This document shows, in pieces, positions 1 through 13,223 of a stretch of DNA of 64,000 nt. The stretch covers positions 496,001-560,000 of the forward strand of contig JALDTO010000146.1 in assembly GCA_023515725.1 (NCBI GenBank), in the 5' to 3' direction. Position numbers and translations under genes: made by a program. Origin of the DNA: Amoeboaphelidium protococcarum X5. Its lineage: Eukaryota; Fungi; Aphelidiomycota. The notes beneath the pieces were generated by a model that saw only the letters and a program-made list of their open reading frames with translations, had not been told where the DNA came from and did no database searches. Position 1 is the first letter of the stretch, and each line of letters starts with the position of its first letter.

Positions 1-143
1 ATATTCTCCACATTCAAGTGCGTTTAACTTACAGAGTCTTCCGGGGCTAGCTCAGACGTTGCATATGCGAAACTTTGAGCCAAAGTAGTCTATGGCATCT
101 TGCTTATGGATTTACACCTACGAGGACTGTTGATTCCGTTCAT
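1..143 (-). CDS. possible 5' end of a gene running off the left edge, divergent from the Crypton ORF
   Basis: ATG at 143 (minus) opens MNGINSPRRCKSISKMPQTTLAQSFAYATSELAPEDSVSQTHLNVEN with no TGA to the window edge; no recognisable family. Confidence 0.3.
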
Positions 144-436
144 GACTCCTACTTCTCTGAGCTTGCGCAAGACTGAGTAAAATGGAAATAAGAGAGGTTC
201 AAACGCGCGACTCCTCCCTATCTAAATCTAAGGAGCGTTTGAAGGCTTACACAACTCTATAGCGTTTCAAAAGCGCCACTTAAGGTCATCGAATAACTTC
301 TAATATTTAGGACTTATTACAAAAAAGCCGTAACGGGTCATGACCGTGTGACGCGGGCGATGTGTGACACGAGTACTAATAACACGCTCGGAAAAATTTG
401 TCAACTTTTCTTTCGCTTCCTGACCATCAACACAAT

Positions 437-2458
437 ATGCTATCATCACCCACTCAATAGAGACATCGAGAAAACGATCTGTATCTGCAGTAAAGGGCTC
501 AGGAGACTTATGAGCTGGCAGCGGAGAATAGGCCGGAGAATACTAATTTGGCATACAACCCAAAGCAGATTGAATTTCAAGATTGGTGTACTGAGCGTTA
601 ATTCAGAGACAGAGATACAGTGTCCGGGGAGAAATTGCATGCATTTGTGAGCGATATGGTGGTTGGCAGACCGAGTAGAACTGATCCCACTGTCACTGTT
701 GGTGCTCCTACAGTCAATTCATATGTGGCAGCTATCACAGATTTGTATAAGTAGTAGAAGCTTCGCAACATGAACAACTACCCTCCGCCTCGAGAATTTC
801 CGGCAGTGAAGCAGTTACTTCATCAAGTGAGAGGAGCGCAAGATTAGGTAAATAGGCGCAATTATGCTGATAGAATAGCAGGTACCATAGCTGATGGCTA
901 TTCGAGTGTCGAAGAGCTGCAGAGAATTGCAGATTGGTTCATGAACTCAGGAGGTCGGAACGGGCTGCGTGACAGATTTATGTTCCTCATGGCGCACTAT
1001 TGCTTATTACGTGGCGAGTCTTTAAGATCTTTGGAGTTGGCTGATTTATATGCCATCAAATTGGAAAATGAAGGATTCACTGAGTGTTGGGCATTACTGG
1101 TACTCATGTGTTAAGGCAAAACCAATCAGTTCAATCGTAAAGAGTTTGGCTCATGCCTCAGAAATAAGCGCGTTGAAATATGCCCTTTCGGAGCATTGGC
1201 TCTTTATTTATTTCAGCGTTGGCATGACTTTAATGAGCCGTTTCCTGATTTGACTAGTCCTCAAGATTGGTTTTAGATCAAAGTTTGTCGAGCTCGTGGA
1301 CTTACTGAAGAGATGACTTACCAGACTCATTATAATGCTGTCAACAAGTGCTTGAGGGCCTGTAACATTCAAAGCAGTGCCAAGACTCATATCGGACGTG
1401 GTGCAGGTGCACGTATGGCAGAGTTGCAGGGTGCGTCTGAAGGTGATATTCGGCGCTTGGGGAGATGGAACAGCCAGGCGATGGAAGGCTGCTATTTGAC
1501 TGCACTGCCCAGAGGAGCGATGAGATCTTTGGCTGGTTTCCCTACTGATTCCGGATCATTCTATTTAGATCGAGGATAAATTGATCCGCCTGAACATTTA
1601 CAGAGATTGATATTTCCAGAAATTGATACGTATGTTATTGCAGAACTAGCGCATACGACAACCGCCGGGTTTATTAAGCTGCTTAAGTACATGAGGATTG
1701 TTGTTTTGTAGGACGCGGCTATTATGTAAGATTAGTATCCAGATTAGACTCTCTTTAATCATGCTCTATTTAGAAGTCAGGATTTTTTGCATTATAAAGA
1801 GTAACTGCTTGCTGCTCGGATTAATAATCTACCGCCTACCGAATTGAGATTGTAATAGGCTATGCCAGAGTTGGTAAATAAGATCGATTCTGTTGGTCAT
1901 TCTCTTCACGGCAAGATCGATGTTTTGAATCATAAAGTTGAACAATATGCTCATTCAAATACTCAAGTGCGCAATACTCTGAATGATTTACTCAATGGAC
2001 GCACTGCAGTCCGGTTATATGCTGAGCCATAAGCTGCTAATCATGTGCTGCATTAGCCGCCTATTTAAATTGATTTGAATGCGCCTAACGTCTTACAGAA
2101 TCAAGTTGGTGATAACATTGATATTATACCTGCTCGAGCTCTTCCACCGCAGTAGTATACCATGTCTCGTGGGCTGTCAACTGTTCAGGATGTGTGGAGG
2201 GAGTATAAAGAAGGCATTGGTGGTAATCCATCAGTTGAATCATTGGAGTAATAATTTGGGGCCAAGTGGAGAAGCAAAGACAGTGAAAGGAAGCATTTTT
2301 CTAGGCGTTTAGTTATATACAAATTTATTCAGAGTAAGATTGATAGTGGACTTTCGGAAAATGACGTTCTCACTGCTTTGGAGCGAAAGCGCCTTGGTGA
2401 TAAGCTGTCACTGGACAATCTATAGAAGAAAATTAAGTCCAGGGAAATTGATATATGA
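437..2458 (+). mobile_element. Crypton (CryptonF-type) DNA transposon ORF: tyrosine recombinase (NDC10_II-like) plus C-terminal GCR1_C DNA-binding domain, 673 aa
   Basis: Single open frame ATG437-TGA2458 with about 23 TAR=Gln codons. Motifs: RPENTNLAY..KQ.EF..WC, LLRGESLRSLELADL (Arg), QGKTNQ (Lys), KTHIGR (HxxR), LGRWN, MEGCYL (Tyr), LQDAA. C-terminus YTMSRGLSTVQDVWREYKEGIGGNPSVESLEQQFGAKWR...FSRR matches GCR1_C. Element ends are not defined. Confidence 0.88.
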
Positions 2459-3225
2459 CTTGCTTGCGTCGACTTTTATATATATATATTTATCATGTAA
2501 CCTTGAATTTAGACTTCTTTGTAATACATTTTTATAAAATTCAAAAATTCTTTACATATCTGCATACTGAGCAATATCAATGTCATGTTTGGTATAGTCC
2601 AAGAAAATTCGGCTTTGAAATACAACATGCACTGTTTCAGCCAATTCTCAGTCACAGCAATGAAGAATAAACGGTACCGGAAAATTTTAGAATAACTAAA
2701 ATAACTCTAGTTATTCTGTGACAATTCTTGTGACAAGTTTAATGGTTTGTTTGTGACCTCGCGCGAAATCTTGTGACCCAAATTGGGATAATTATAATTA
2801 TTTATAAATATTTCCAATCGAATATCTGAGGCAGCGGAAATTGGAATATTTGTGCAAATCAAAGCAAAGCAAAGCAAAATATTTTTTTAGGAGGTCTAGT
2901 TAAATGTTAATTGACTTTTATTAAGGCAGACGACCGCAGGTAGGCAGCTCAATTGCCTCTCTCTGAGCCCGCATCAGGGCCATTGGCTCCGACGACAACA
3001 GTCGCCCAGTGCTGTTCCTTACGACATTATTCTAGTTAATTTTGGATCCAGTATATAGTCTGAAATAAAATCTTATTATAAGTCTTTATCTACCTCATTG
3101 AAATTGAGTTTCTCTTCTTCAATCTGAGCTAGAGCCACGCAGGTCGGCTTTAATAGTTTCTTCTCGCCTACAATTCTCTTAAATTTGCACTTTACACCAG
3201 TGTATTAGACGTTTAATTGGAGAAA

Positions 3226-4872
3226 ATGGTGGATTAGAGTTAGTTGAATAATCTCAGTGTATTGTCTAGTAATTTCACTGAGCTTTCTCTGGAGTAATTG
3301 CAGTCAGATGAAGTTTTAAGTTGTATTGGGAGTATTGCAGATGAGATTAAACGTATGGCGTAGATGCATTATGATGATGCTGTTGACTTTTAGTGTGATG
3401 AGGATGCGCCTGATTAGCAGATACTGGACATTCTATTAAATTGTCATCTGAGAGCATTGAAAGAGTATTCCAAAAGCCAAGCTGGAGTGCAGGTAATTTT
3501 AAAAGAGAGTCTCCGCGGCCTTGTTAATGCGTGTTCCATCATTGAGGAAAGCCGTCTTGTCTCTTAGATTAAGCCTCTCTTGAAATAGTTCAATTATGTC
3601 AATCTGCTGAAAGATGATTCTCTTTGGAAGTTTGCTATTACCTTCCTGTTCAATCTGCTCACTCGAAACTGTCAGTAGGAAGATTTGACTCTATTGATTG
3701 AATAATATGGTCTAATTGACGTTGTGTTGTAATGGCTAAACGCTGCGGATAATGTTGAGAAACTGCAGTGGGTCAATCAACTCACACCTCTCATTATAGA
3801 AGATGTCCAGGTGTAGAAGTAATTGCTTCAGTCAGATTTCCTTAGTGTTATAGTTAACGCGCTGTAAAAGGACACGCTTAGTGATCAGGTACGGTTGGAG
3901 TTGTGTAATGTTTTGGTGGAGTGTAGTAAGCAAGACATGGTGCAGGTGAATTTATATGGTAAAGGATATATTAAACAGTTGAATTCATTTTTGGTCGATG
4001 TACCTGATCAGGAACTGTAATTGAAGACTCAGATTTGTAAAGTATTCACACTCGTCTCTGGCAATGATGTGCTGATTGAAAAGTTGTATTAAGAGGGATT
4101 CGCTCAGAGTTGGCTGTCATTGGCTTCAAATTGCCCGTCTCTGCCATAATCCTTCCTCCTACTTGCCATCGGTAACATTTGTAGAAAAGCGAGTATTTGT
4201 ATTGATTTGGCGAGGAATTCATCCATAATGACTATGGTTGTTCAATCGATTGTGAGTGATGATTTCAACTTGAAAAGCTCCGCCCTCTCCGTCCTGAAGA
4301 ATCTTGCGGTGACTGCAGATATACGTAAAGAGCTGGCAGAGTATGATGATATGAAATCGAATTTGACCACTCTTCTGGACAATCCTACCACCGTAGTGTA
4401 AACTCAAGTCTTGGTCATTATAAAATTGTTGTCATCTAATGGCGACTTATTAGCTCTATGCGCCGATATAAATTTCATCAAGAAGATCCTCTCCTTGTCC
4501 GTTTAAAGTGACGAAGATTCCGTGAAATATGAAGGTATCCGTATTGTGGGCAGGCTCCTTACTAACGGCACCCGTGAAAGTGTTTGCCACCTGTGTGAAG
4601 GAATCACGTCAGATTCAGATATGATGACACTGTGGGAGAAGGCGGTGACTATCCTGGTAAAGAGTAAATACGAAATTTTGAGATAAGAAGGACTGCTGAG
4701 CTTATCCAAGTTTATTGAGACTTGTCGCGGCGAGAGCTTAAGTTTTACATTTGGACAAGATTAATAAATTTAGAATACTCTTGGAGATACTCTGAAAGAT
4801 TTGGCATTGAATGATCCGAAAGACTCCACCAAAGTTCTTGCGCAATTCTGCAGTGAGAATTTAGTTTAGTGA
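3226..4872 (+). CDS. RAP1GDS1: Armadillo-repeat protein, SmgGDS/RAP1GDS1-like small-GTPase chaperone/GEF
   Basis: Open frame ATG3226-TGA4872 with TAR=Q; LLAIGNICRKASICIDL, LKSSALSVLKNLAV and VKYEGIRIVGRLL resemble SmgGDS ARM repeats. Confidence 0.7.
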
Positions 4873-5053
4873 TTCTCTTACGTGTTTAATTAAAAAACTG
4901 GGCTATAATCTGCTTATATCATGGACTAAATTTATTTACTTTAAATAAATTCTTACCATTACTATGAGTTCTATATTTTTTCTCTATTAGCCAAGGAGAG
5001 TCGCTGTTAATTTCTTTTTCACATAGCAGCTTAATAGGATAGAGAGAGAGAAA

Positions 5054-6469
5054 ATGCTTAAAATTAAACGCGGTGTAAGACGTCTGAATTTGTAAATACA
5101 TGAAGCATCAGCGGTGAATAGACTAGCACCTTTGCCTTAAGCTTTTAGTGCTAGGCCGTAATAGTATCATATAGGTGAATATGAGTAAGCACAGCGATCA
5201 ATATCAATGATTAAAGCCACGCCGATTGATGTCTTGATAGAGACAATGAAGGGATATGATGAGATATCGATGAAGACGCAGGTTGATAAGATTAGTATTC
5301 TCGGATATATCGGTATAAATAATGTTGACCAGATTTAATAGCTCTAAACGGAGTAGCTAAAAGATATACTGCGAGTGGGCAAGATATCTCAATAAATCTA
5401 CGCTTATTTAGACGTGGATGAACTGCGCGCCGCTGTTAGAAATCTTATGCTGGGTGTCGTTGAGAAAATGTCCAATAAAGAATTTAGTCATTACATGTCA
5501 GAGATCAATTGGGCTACGTTCGGCAATAATTGGGAATAGAATAAAGAAGCTCTACGCGTCTACGTCCAGTATCCACAGTGCCAATTATTTAACGTCACAA
5601 AGTACAAGGGCGTGGTCTTTGGTGGACACTTGCGCACATCTAATCTCGAGTTGTCCGAAATGGAATTCATACCGAATATAGTGGTACGTAAAGTGATGAC
5701 TTACAATCAGTTAAAGAGTGCATTAACACAGCGATATCAATCTGTACAGGGTGACCGATAGGCACTGGTCGATAGACTGCTAGCCTTTTAAGAATTTGTA
5801 ATGTTACGCGCATTTGAACGGTATGATGCGCGACTATTCTTGAGTAAGATCTACTGGAATGTTCACAAAGACATTATGAACACTGATAGTCTGAGGAAGC
5901 GCTGTGTACAGTACTTGCACTTTCCGTATTGTTAGAATTGGATGAGGCGATCTCTGCATAATGAATCATACTCCATGTCATGGTCTGAAGAATAAGATGA
6001 AGTTTTGAAAAAGAGCTATAAGAGTGCGGTCGAGCTGTATAAGCATCACAGGAATTGGTTCGATTTGTCTCAAGATCAACAAGTTGGGGCATTCTCACCC
6101 ACTTAGTCGTCGTCGTCGTCGTCGTCTTTTATGGCTACCAGTTTAACTCCTTATTACAATTCTGATCTAATTCGTGAGGCTGTCAACTAGTATCTGCCTT
6201 CCCATGTGCGAGTGGCGAGATCTCATATCTTGTATTTTGCACCTCGGTTTGCATTCGATGGATAGACGCGATTGTGGTCCATTGCTGATGAGGTTTTGTG
6301 GAGAGCCAGGTAGCCAGACTTTTGGCTTCTCGTCTCGGGGATTGCGCGATATAATTATCAAGTGAAGAAGACCGCTGATCAATGTATGACTCGATATAAT
6401 GATCTGTAGAGACGCAATACTGCAAGTTAGGCGAAGAATTCGTCTTATTTATTCTCTTCTAAATCGTGA
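5054..6469 (+). CDS. hypothetical protein, 471 aa, with a mitochondrial-type presequence, SAP-like motif and Myb/SANT-like C-terminus
   Basis: Open frame. N-terminus MLKIKRGVRRLNLQ; SAP-like MTYNQLKSALTQRYQSVQGDRQALVDRL; Myb-like WSEEQDEVLKK and W...FWLLVS...KKTADQCMTRYNDL. Confidence 0.65.
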
Positions 6470-6609
6470 AAACTAACTATTGCTGTTGATGTATATTTCC
6501 ATTTACTTTTTTTTTACTTTGTTATCAGTTTTGCCTGCTTGAGCGATTCTATTTAATTTACGCTTACTAAGTGCGTGAAAAGTTGAAGTGAATCGATTAA
6601 GACTTTAAA

Positions 6610-7215
6610 ATGCCTTTTAAAGTGTCTGATGTATAGCGAAAAGGTAGACGGGTAAGGAGAATTAAGAAGACGGATGATATTACAGAGCTTAAGGATCAGG
6701 ATCTTAAATTAGCATCAGACACGGCAGGTAAAAGCTCTGGTGGTCACGAAATATCAGCGCGCCTGGGATAGAAGCGCAAGATTGATAATCTGTTCACCTC
6801 GCTGTAATAGTAGTAGCTATAAAGTAAAAGTTAAGAATTCTTTAATAAGGATAATTGTAAAGTTGATAACGCAGGAATTAGAGTAACATCAGAGAAGCAG
6901 CCGCGATAACATCAGCATTAGAAAAAGTAGGTTAGAAATGATCCACTATCAATTGACTCTGTTAGTCGAGCTGTCAACATTGCCAAGTCTGAATTTTAAC
7001 GACAGTAGGATAGTGCTACACTGGCGCGATAGAAAGATGAGGAGTTGGCTGACTTGGAGCGTTAGAATGAAGAATATGAAAGGATCAAGGCTTAGAGGGC
7101 GGCACTTCTAGATGGTATGAAGTCTAAAAAGCAGAAGCGTAAGCGGGATAAGCGCAAGTTAGCTAGTTAACACGACGAAGAATCTGATATTCCCGTGACT
7201 TAAGGTGATGAATGA
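6610..7215 (+). CDS. hypothetical basic/coiled-coil protein, 201 aa, probably nuclear
   Basis: Open frame ATG6610-TGA7215; KR-rich stretches (KSKKQKRKRDKRK) and a charged helical C-terminal half. Confidence 0.6.
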
Positions 7216-7844
7216 ACTTTTTATGATACCAGAGGATTTTTTGATTATATACAGTTGATGATTTTAATAAAAGAGTATTTGTGTCGCTGATGTTTTGAGT
7301 TGTTGTGCTTAACAATATTGATTGACAGTCAAGGCTGTTGATCAAATGATAACTAATTAAGTGAGGTGAGCTGCTTAGTGACTTCTATGTAACACTAGGC
7401 TATTATTAACTGGTACCTTTTTAACTCTTATGACTGTCAGAATTTTGGCTAAACTGAGGATTTTCATTATGGAATTCTGGAAGGTCTAAATATAACGATT
7501 GACACCAATCAGACACTTGGCTCCGTTGGTATTTGGATGGCATATTTAGAACGTTGTAATTTGAACGTTGCAACCGACGACAACCTCGCATTGCACACTT
7601 TCACTCTCTTCCTTACTTCTCATCATTGCGCATTTATTGAAATTAAGGTAAGCATTTATATATTGTACATCTCACTCATTCATTGCTATTGACATTCATG
7701 TACGCGTGCGTGTAGTGATTACTTGCAACAGCTAATCTCTTAATCACATCAACTCTTCCGCTATCTCTGCCGTCGTTGTTAAATTCAGCTTTAATAACAG
7801 CCATCTCTCTCTCTCTGTGTCTCTCGGTATCTGTGTTCAGTATA

Positions 7845-8057
7845 ATGAAGGTATCAACTATCAATATTGCTGTTGCCGCTTGTCTGCTCCTATCTCTATC
7901 TATCATTGCTCCACCGACAACTCACGGCGCGTCTGGTGCTGCTGTTGAACTTTACCGTCGCGACAATGGCAAGGGTGTTGGTCATAATAACGGAAATCCT
8001 GGTCGTGGTCACGATAGTCATGGCAAAGGCAAAGGTAAAGGTCATGATAAGCATCAC

Positions 8058-8092
<35 letters not shown>

Positions 8093-8498
8093 CGATGACG
8101 ACGATGATGATGATGACAAGCACAAGGGTAATAATCGCTGCAAGAACAACAAGAAAGGCAAGAAGAAGGGATGCTCTACTTCTACCTCTTCTACTACTAG
8201 CACCAGCAGTAGCACTAGTAGCAGCAGCAGCAGTAGTAGTTCTGCTGAGGCAACGACTACCTCGGACCCTGTAATTTCGACTCCTGAGAGCACCACCACA
8301 ACAACCGAGGCTGAAACTAGCTCTAGCAGCTCTTCTACCTCCACTACCACTACAACAACTACTGGGCTTGCTGGTACTTCTGACATGCCATTCCGTGTAA
8401 TGCCGTCTCCATTGACTCCAACTCCTACTCCTTCGGGTTTATCGGGCACGATTGACATGCCATTTCTGGTTGCCGAGCCACCTTTGGAAGCTATTTGA
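7845..8498 (+). CDS. secreted low-complexity protein (signal peptide, GKH-rich segment, poly-Asp, Ser/Thr-rich mucin-like stalk)
   Basis: ATG7845 MKVSTINIAVAACLLLSLSIIAPPTTHG signal peptide; (GAT/GAC)n run of about 20 Asp; S/T tract; TGA 8498. Confidence 0.75.
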
Positions 8499-8633
8499 TT
8501 TGGCATGCTCTCCCCCATAATGTTGAATGAAGTTGGTTGAGTAGTTAGTGTGCAAATGAATGAACAAACAAATTTCAATGCGTTAACTTTACTTTATTAT
8601 CTTCATTATTAATCAAAAGACTATGCAGTAAAT

Positions 8634-11600
8634 TCACTAATCAGAAGGGCACGCTAGCACCAATGCTTCAACATTCGAGACGCAGCCAGCTTCATGCTTT
8701 TCTTTAGCTAGACGTTCAAGAAGCTGAGCATTAGCTGCACCAGTTTCCATGACCATATTGCGAAAAATGCCGTCTGGCTTCTGCAGTAGATTGTAGGGAG
8801 ACTCCAGTTCCACCAGTCTGCCCTTGTCTAGCACCAATACTCTATCGTAATCGATTATTGTATTCAGGCGATGAGCAATTGTCACCACGGTTGAATTCTT
8901 GAAATCGCGTCTAATCGATTCTTGAATTAACTTATCAGATTCAAAGTCCACATTAGCTGTCACTTCATCCATGACCATAAGTTTCGGCTTTCTCAGCATA
9001 TCTCTGGCTAGACAAAGTAACTAGCGCTACCCAGTACTAAAGTTTTCACCATTTGCCTGCACTTTAGAGTCCAACTTTCCATCTTGTTATGATATCGCCT
9101 TCTTCATGTTGACAACATCCAACACCTGCCAAATGTCTTCATCAGAATGTTTATTGAATGGATCGAGATTAGATCTCACGGTACCACTAAACAGCACGGG
9201 ATCCTGAGGGATAATAGCCAACTTGGAGCGAACATCTGCAAGTCCCATCTCGCTTATATTCAAATCATCAATCACTATGGAACCGCCGGCCAACTCCATC
9301 ATTCTAAAAATTGAATAAACAGTAGTACTCTTACCAGAGCCAGTTCTTCCAACAACTGCAAACTTCTCATGAGATTTGATAGTGAGATTCAAATCTTACA
9401 CCACCGGAGCATCACTGGTATCGTACTTGAGCGTGACATTCTTAAATTCTACCTACCCTGTGGAAGGCCAATTATCTGGCGGCCTTTTATCCACAACAAC
9501 AGCCTGAGCCTCATGAGGTAGACCACTAATATAGTAATGCAGTCTTTCAATCGAATTGGCATTCACCTCCATTTCTACAAACTATCGCACAACGAATCCC
9601 ATGCTGGACACCAACTACAACGCGTAAGAGAGCGATACACCATAAAGTGCAGCAGACAATCCATACGTTTAAACCGTGATGGCTCCAATCAGAGCAGTAA
9701 AGAAGCAGATAAGAGAACCCAGTGTCTCCAGTCTTAGACCAATCCAACGCTGGCACATCAGTTGTAAATACACGGCTTCATTGTTATAGTCAATATACTG
9801 CTGACAATCAGATACAAATTTCTATTATTTTCCGTAAGCTCTAATAGTGCTAAGTCCGCTCATCGTTTCCTCAAACTACGAATATATAGGACTGCGAGAT
9901 ATCGCATCCATTCGCTTCAACTCACGACTAGTTCTAAGGTACAGCTATTACAGAAATATATACGCTATAGAAAGAGGAACCAGAGCCACTAGGATGAATG
10001 GAGCCGCGTAGGCCATAAGAGCAATCAATCCAAGCAGTGAGAATGACAGCGTTATAAAAAACTAAATAGATGTAGGAAGGACAGTATCCAGGACATCAGT
10101 ATCTCTGGAGAATCTGTTCACTATCCTACCCAAAGGAGTCTAATCAAAGAACGACATTGGGGCCCTAAACACACTAGATATAGCATCTTTGTGAAACTTT
10201 GTGGATGCAAACGCAAAGCAAACAGCCATAAAAGAACCGAGAATAGATGAAAAAATTCCTTAAGAGATTCCCCATGCAAAATATACTCCACTGTAGGTCG
10301 CAGTCGATAGGCCAAACTAATCATTAGTCCAGAACACCAACCATAAATCATTTCCAATTCTAGCCACTTGAGTAATTATCGCTAGAAATAGAGTGATCGC
10401 TATAAATACTGGACCACCTGCAGCCTTGATATAGCTAGAAAATAACGACCATTATAAATTTCCAATGGCACGCTCTTCGTCGATCATTCCTTTACTAATC
10501 CCGGCAGGTTTATTTTCATTCTATACTTTGTACTTTTTAGTGACAGCTTTTTAATCTTGATTCTCCTCCAGACCGTGATTTTAAACCAAATCCGCAACCA
10601 GACCCTTCATATTCATAACTTCCTAATATGTTCCCTGCTCCGCAATTGATCCATCTCTCATAAACACAACATAATCAGCTAAATGCAAATACTCAATGTG
10701 GTGAGTGACGAGAATGACAGTTTTATCCTTGAGTTCGGTCTTGATACACTCGTTAAAAATGTGTCTACCAACATTTACATCCACAGCACTGAGCGGATCA
10801 TCTAGTAAAGCGATATCCGGTTTACAATACACCAGTCTCGACAATGACACCCTTGCCTTCTATCCTCCTGATATCTAAACACCCTTCTCGCCGAGCAGAG
10901 TATTCGCGCCATTAGGAAGCCAATCCAAATCTTAAGCCAAGGCGGTAACTTGAACAGCGTGATCAAACTAATCCTGTCTGAAATCATCACCAAAAGATAC
11001 ATTGTCTTTAACACTACCATTCTTGATCCATGGCTGCTACATGGTGTATCCAATCTTACCATTAATTCGAATCTGACCGCTTAATGTCTTCATTTCACCA
11101 AGAATTGCATTCAAGAGACTACTCTTGCCACTTCCAACCTAACCACACACAATGACCAAATCGCCCTTCTTAACTTTTAAATTGATACCTCTCAAAGTGC
11201 TTAATTTGACCATTGGCACTGCATTCTTATCTGCCTCAATATCTTCCTACTTTGGTGATTAACTGTCTTTACCAGTCTGGCCACCCTTAGATGCACTTGA
11301 TACCAATTCCCATTGAAAGTTACCATCAACTATTTCAAGCGCATACTCGCTATTAGAAGCGGGAGCATCAGGCTTGTCACTCGCCTAACCAATGGCAATG
11401 GCTTACAACTCTTCAGCATTCAAGACATCACTAAGTCTATTCATTGCTACTCTAGCCTCCACAAGCATACGGATAGTATTGGGGAGCATTATCAAAGGGA
11501 ACCTCATCAAGTTAAACAAGGCCAAAGAGCTGAATATCACCGGAGGATTGAAAGTAGGATTAAGAGCTCCATAGACTATAAACGATACGACACTGGCCAA

Positions 11601-12602
11601 TAACGGAACACTCATGGTAATTCCCATTAAAATAGCAGTCCACACATTCACGGTCTTTACTCGATCAACTTCGCTAGATCTCAGTGACAGTAAACGTCCA
11701 AGAAAGCTATCTTCCCATGCAAATAACTTAATTATACGCATACCGGCAAGGAATTCCTAAGTCCGCTTAATACGATCATCAGTGATAGAAGCGTATGATC
11801 TTCTCAGCTTGCCTAGATAAACAAAAACATACGCTTATACTGGGATAGTAAGCACCAAAAGCCCAAAACCAGCCAAAGCCGACACTCCAATATTAGCAAT
11901 GAGTAATCCCAAAATAACAATAACTTGCACAGGAGAAGTCCACAAGAAGTGGCCCTACCAGAACAGCATCTCCACTCTTGTAAGATCCGAAGACACAATA
12001 TTCAGAATCTATCCACTACTGTACTTTTATCTAGATAGTGAGGACAACTTGATCAACTTGCGATAAGTGGTGGCGGTCAGACAAGCACGAACCTGCATAC
12101 CATACTTCATCGAGAAATAGTAATAACGATTTTGAAACAGGGTGGCAAAGAATTAGAGGACAAAGAATATCACCGAATAAATAGCAGCCAAATACAAAGG
12201 GGGCCTGTCAGCAGGGGTGGCGGCCGATGCACTGTTAACTGCAAATTACGTAAGCAGACCAATGAACACTGGGCTGGCAATGTTACAAGCAGACTGGATC
12301 GCCATTGGAATTGCCAGAAGACCGTACTTCCACCCAAAGATTTACTTTAAAACTTGATACACAGAGACTATACTACCTTCCGGACTCTTGGACTTTATAG
12401 CATCAAAAGCCTTTTCAAATCTATCGGCAAGATGCGACGCCTGACTATCAGAAGTGAGTGGGTACAGATCATGATGTTGGAGAGGGTGTTTGTAACCGTA
12501 AAAAATCAACTGATCCAACCAAGTGTAGACAAGCCGAGAGAGGAACCAAGCATTCTCCTCAGGCGACTTTTAAAACTTTCTATCCTACTTCTGCTCAGAC
12601 AT
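8634..12602 (-). CDS. ABC transporter subfamily C (short MRP4/YOR1-type, TMD-NBD-TMD-NBD), 1322 aa
   Basis: Start and stop are in the same frame with TAR=Q; KSPEENAWFLSRLVYTW N-terminus; Walker A GQVGSGKS and GRTGSGKS; signatures ISGGQKARV and FSTGQRQ; LLDDPLSAVD; IAHRL; ends TAG-TGA. Confidence 0.93.
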
Positions 12603-13223
12603 TTGGTAATTGGAAACAAGAAATACCTTACCTTGAATACAGAAGTAAGGAGTAATAACGAGAATGATGAGGGTGACGTAAGCAATAAAAGAAAAAGCTG
12701 AAACTGTTTCAGCTGCCGGTGATCTCCGATCTTATGAACTAAGCGCGATCGCGGATGCTTAAGATCCTGGGGGATTATTAAAAAACCAAATGTAGTCTAA
12801 ACCAAAACTTACAGCAGTATTTGGTAATATGAGCAACGCATATAGGTAAATGTCATATCTCATAGATACATAGAGTTGTAATTTAAAGATTAAGCTGTAC
12901 TACGCGATCTAAATTCAATTCATTGATTATTACACTGACTGTCATCGCTGCATGTTTCAGATGCATCTTTTACCGCGGATATTAACTGGAGGCCTGCTAC
13001 CATACAGCGCGTGACATCCGACTATTTGAGTCATTCTATCGGATTATTTTACCACACTCGATCGAAATCTATTGGCATTTAGATTTAAATTGCAAATGAG
13101 AAAAATTATCTTTTGCTGCGGATATAAGATTTCAAAGGCGTCCATTAAGTTTTGAGCTCGTTCATAGTTTTTTAACTTGGAAATCAAAATAAGGAGTAAT
13201 AAATTTTAATAGAAAACTGCAAT

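Noticed and set aside
2925-3180. GC-richer segment with small hairpins, an Sm-like AATTTTGG and open minus-strand frames
   Set aside because: No match to any snRNA, SRP, RNase P or ribozyme core I can recognise, and no convincing start codon; unresolved.
7867-8578. Alternative-frame and antisense ORFs with poly-Met, poly-Ile or poly-Ser
   Set aside because: Shadows of the GAT and AGC/ACT repeats in the secreted-protein gene.
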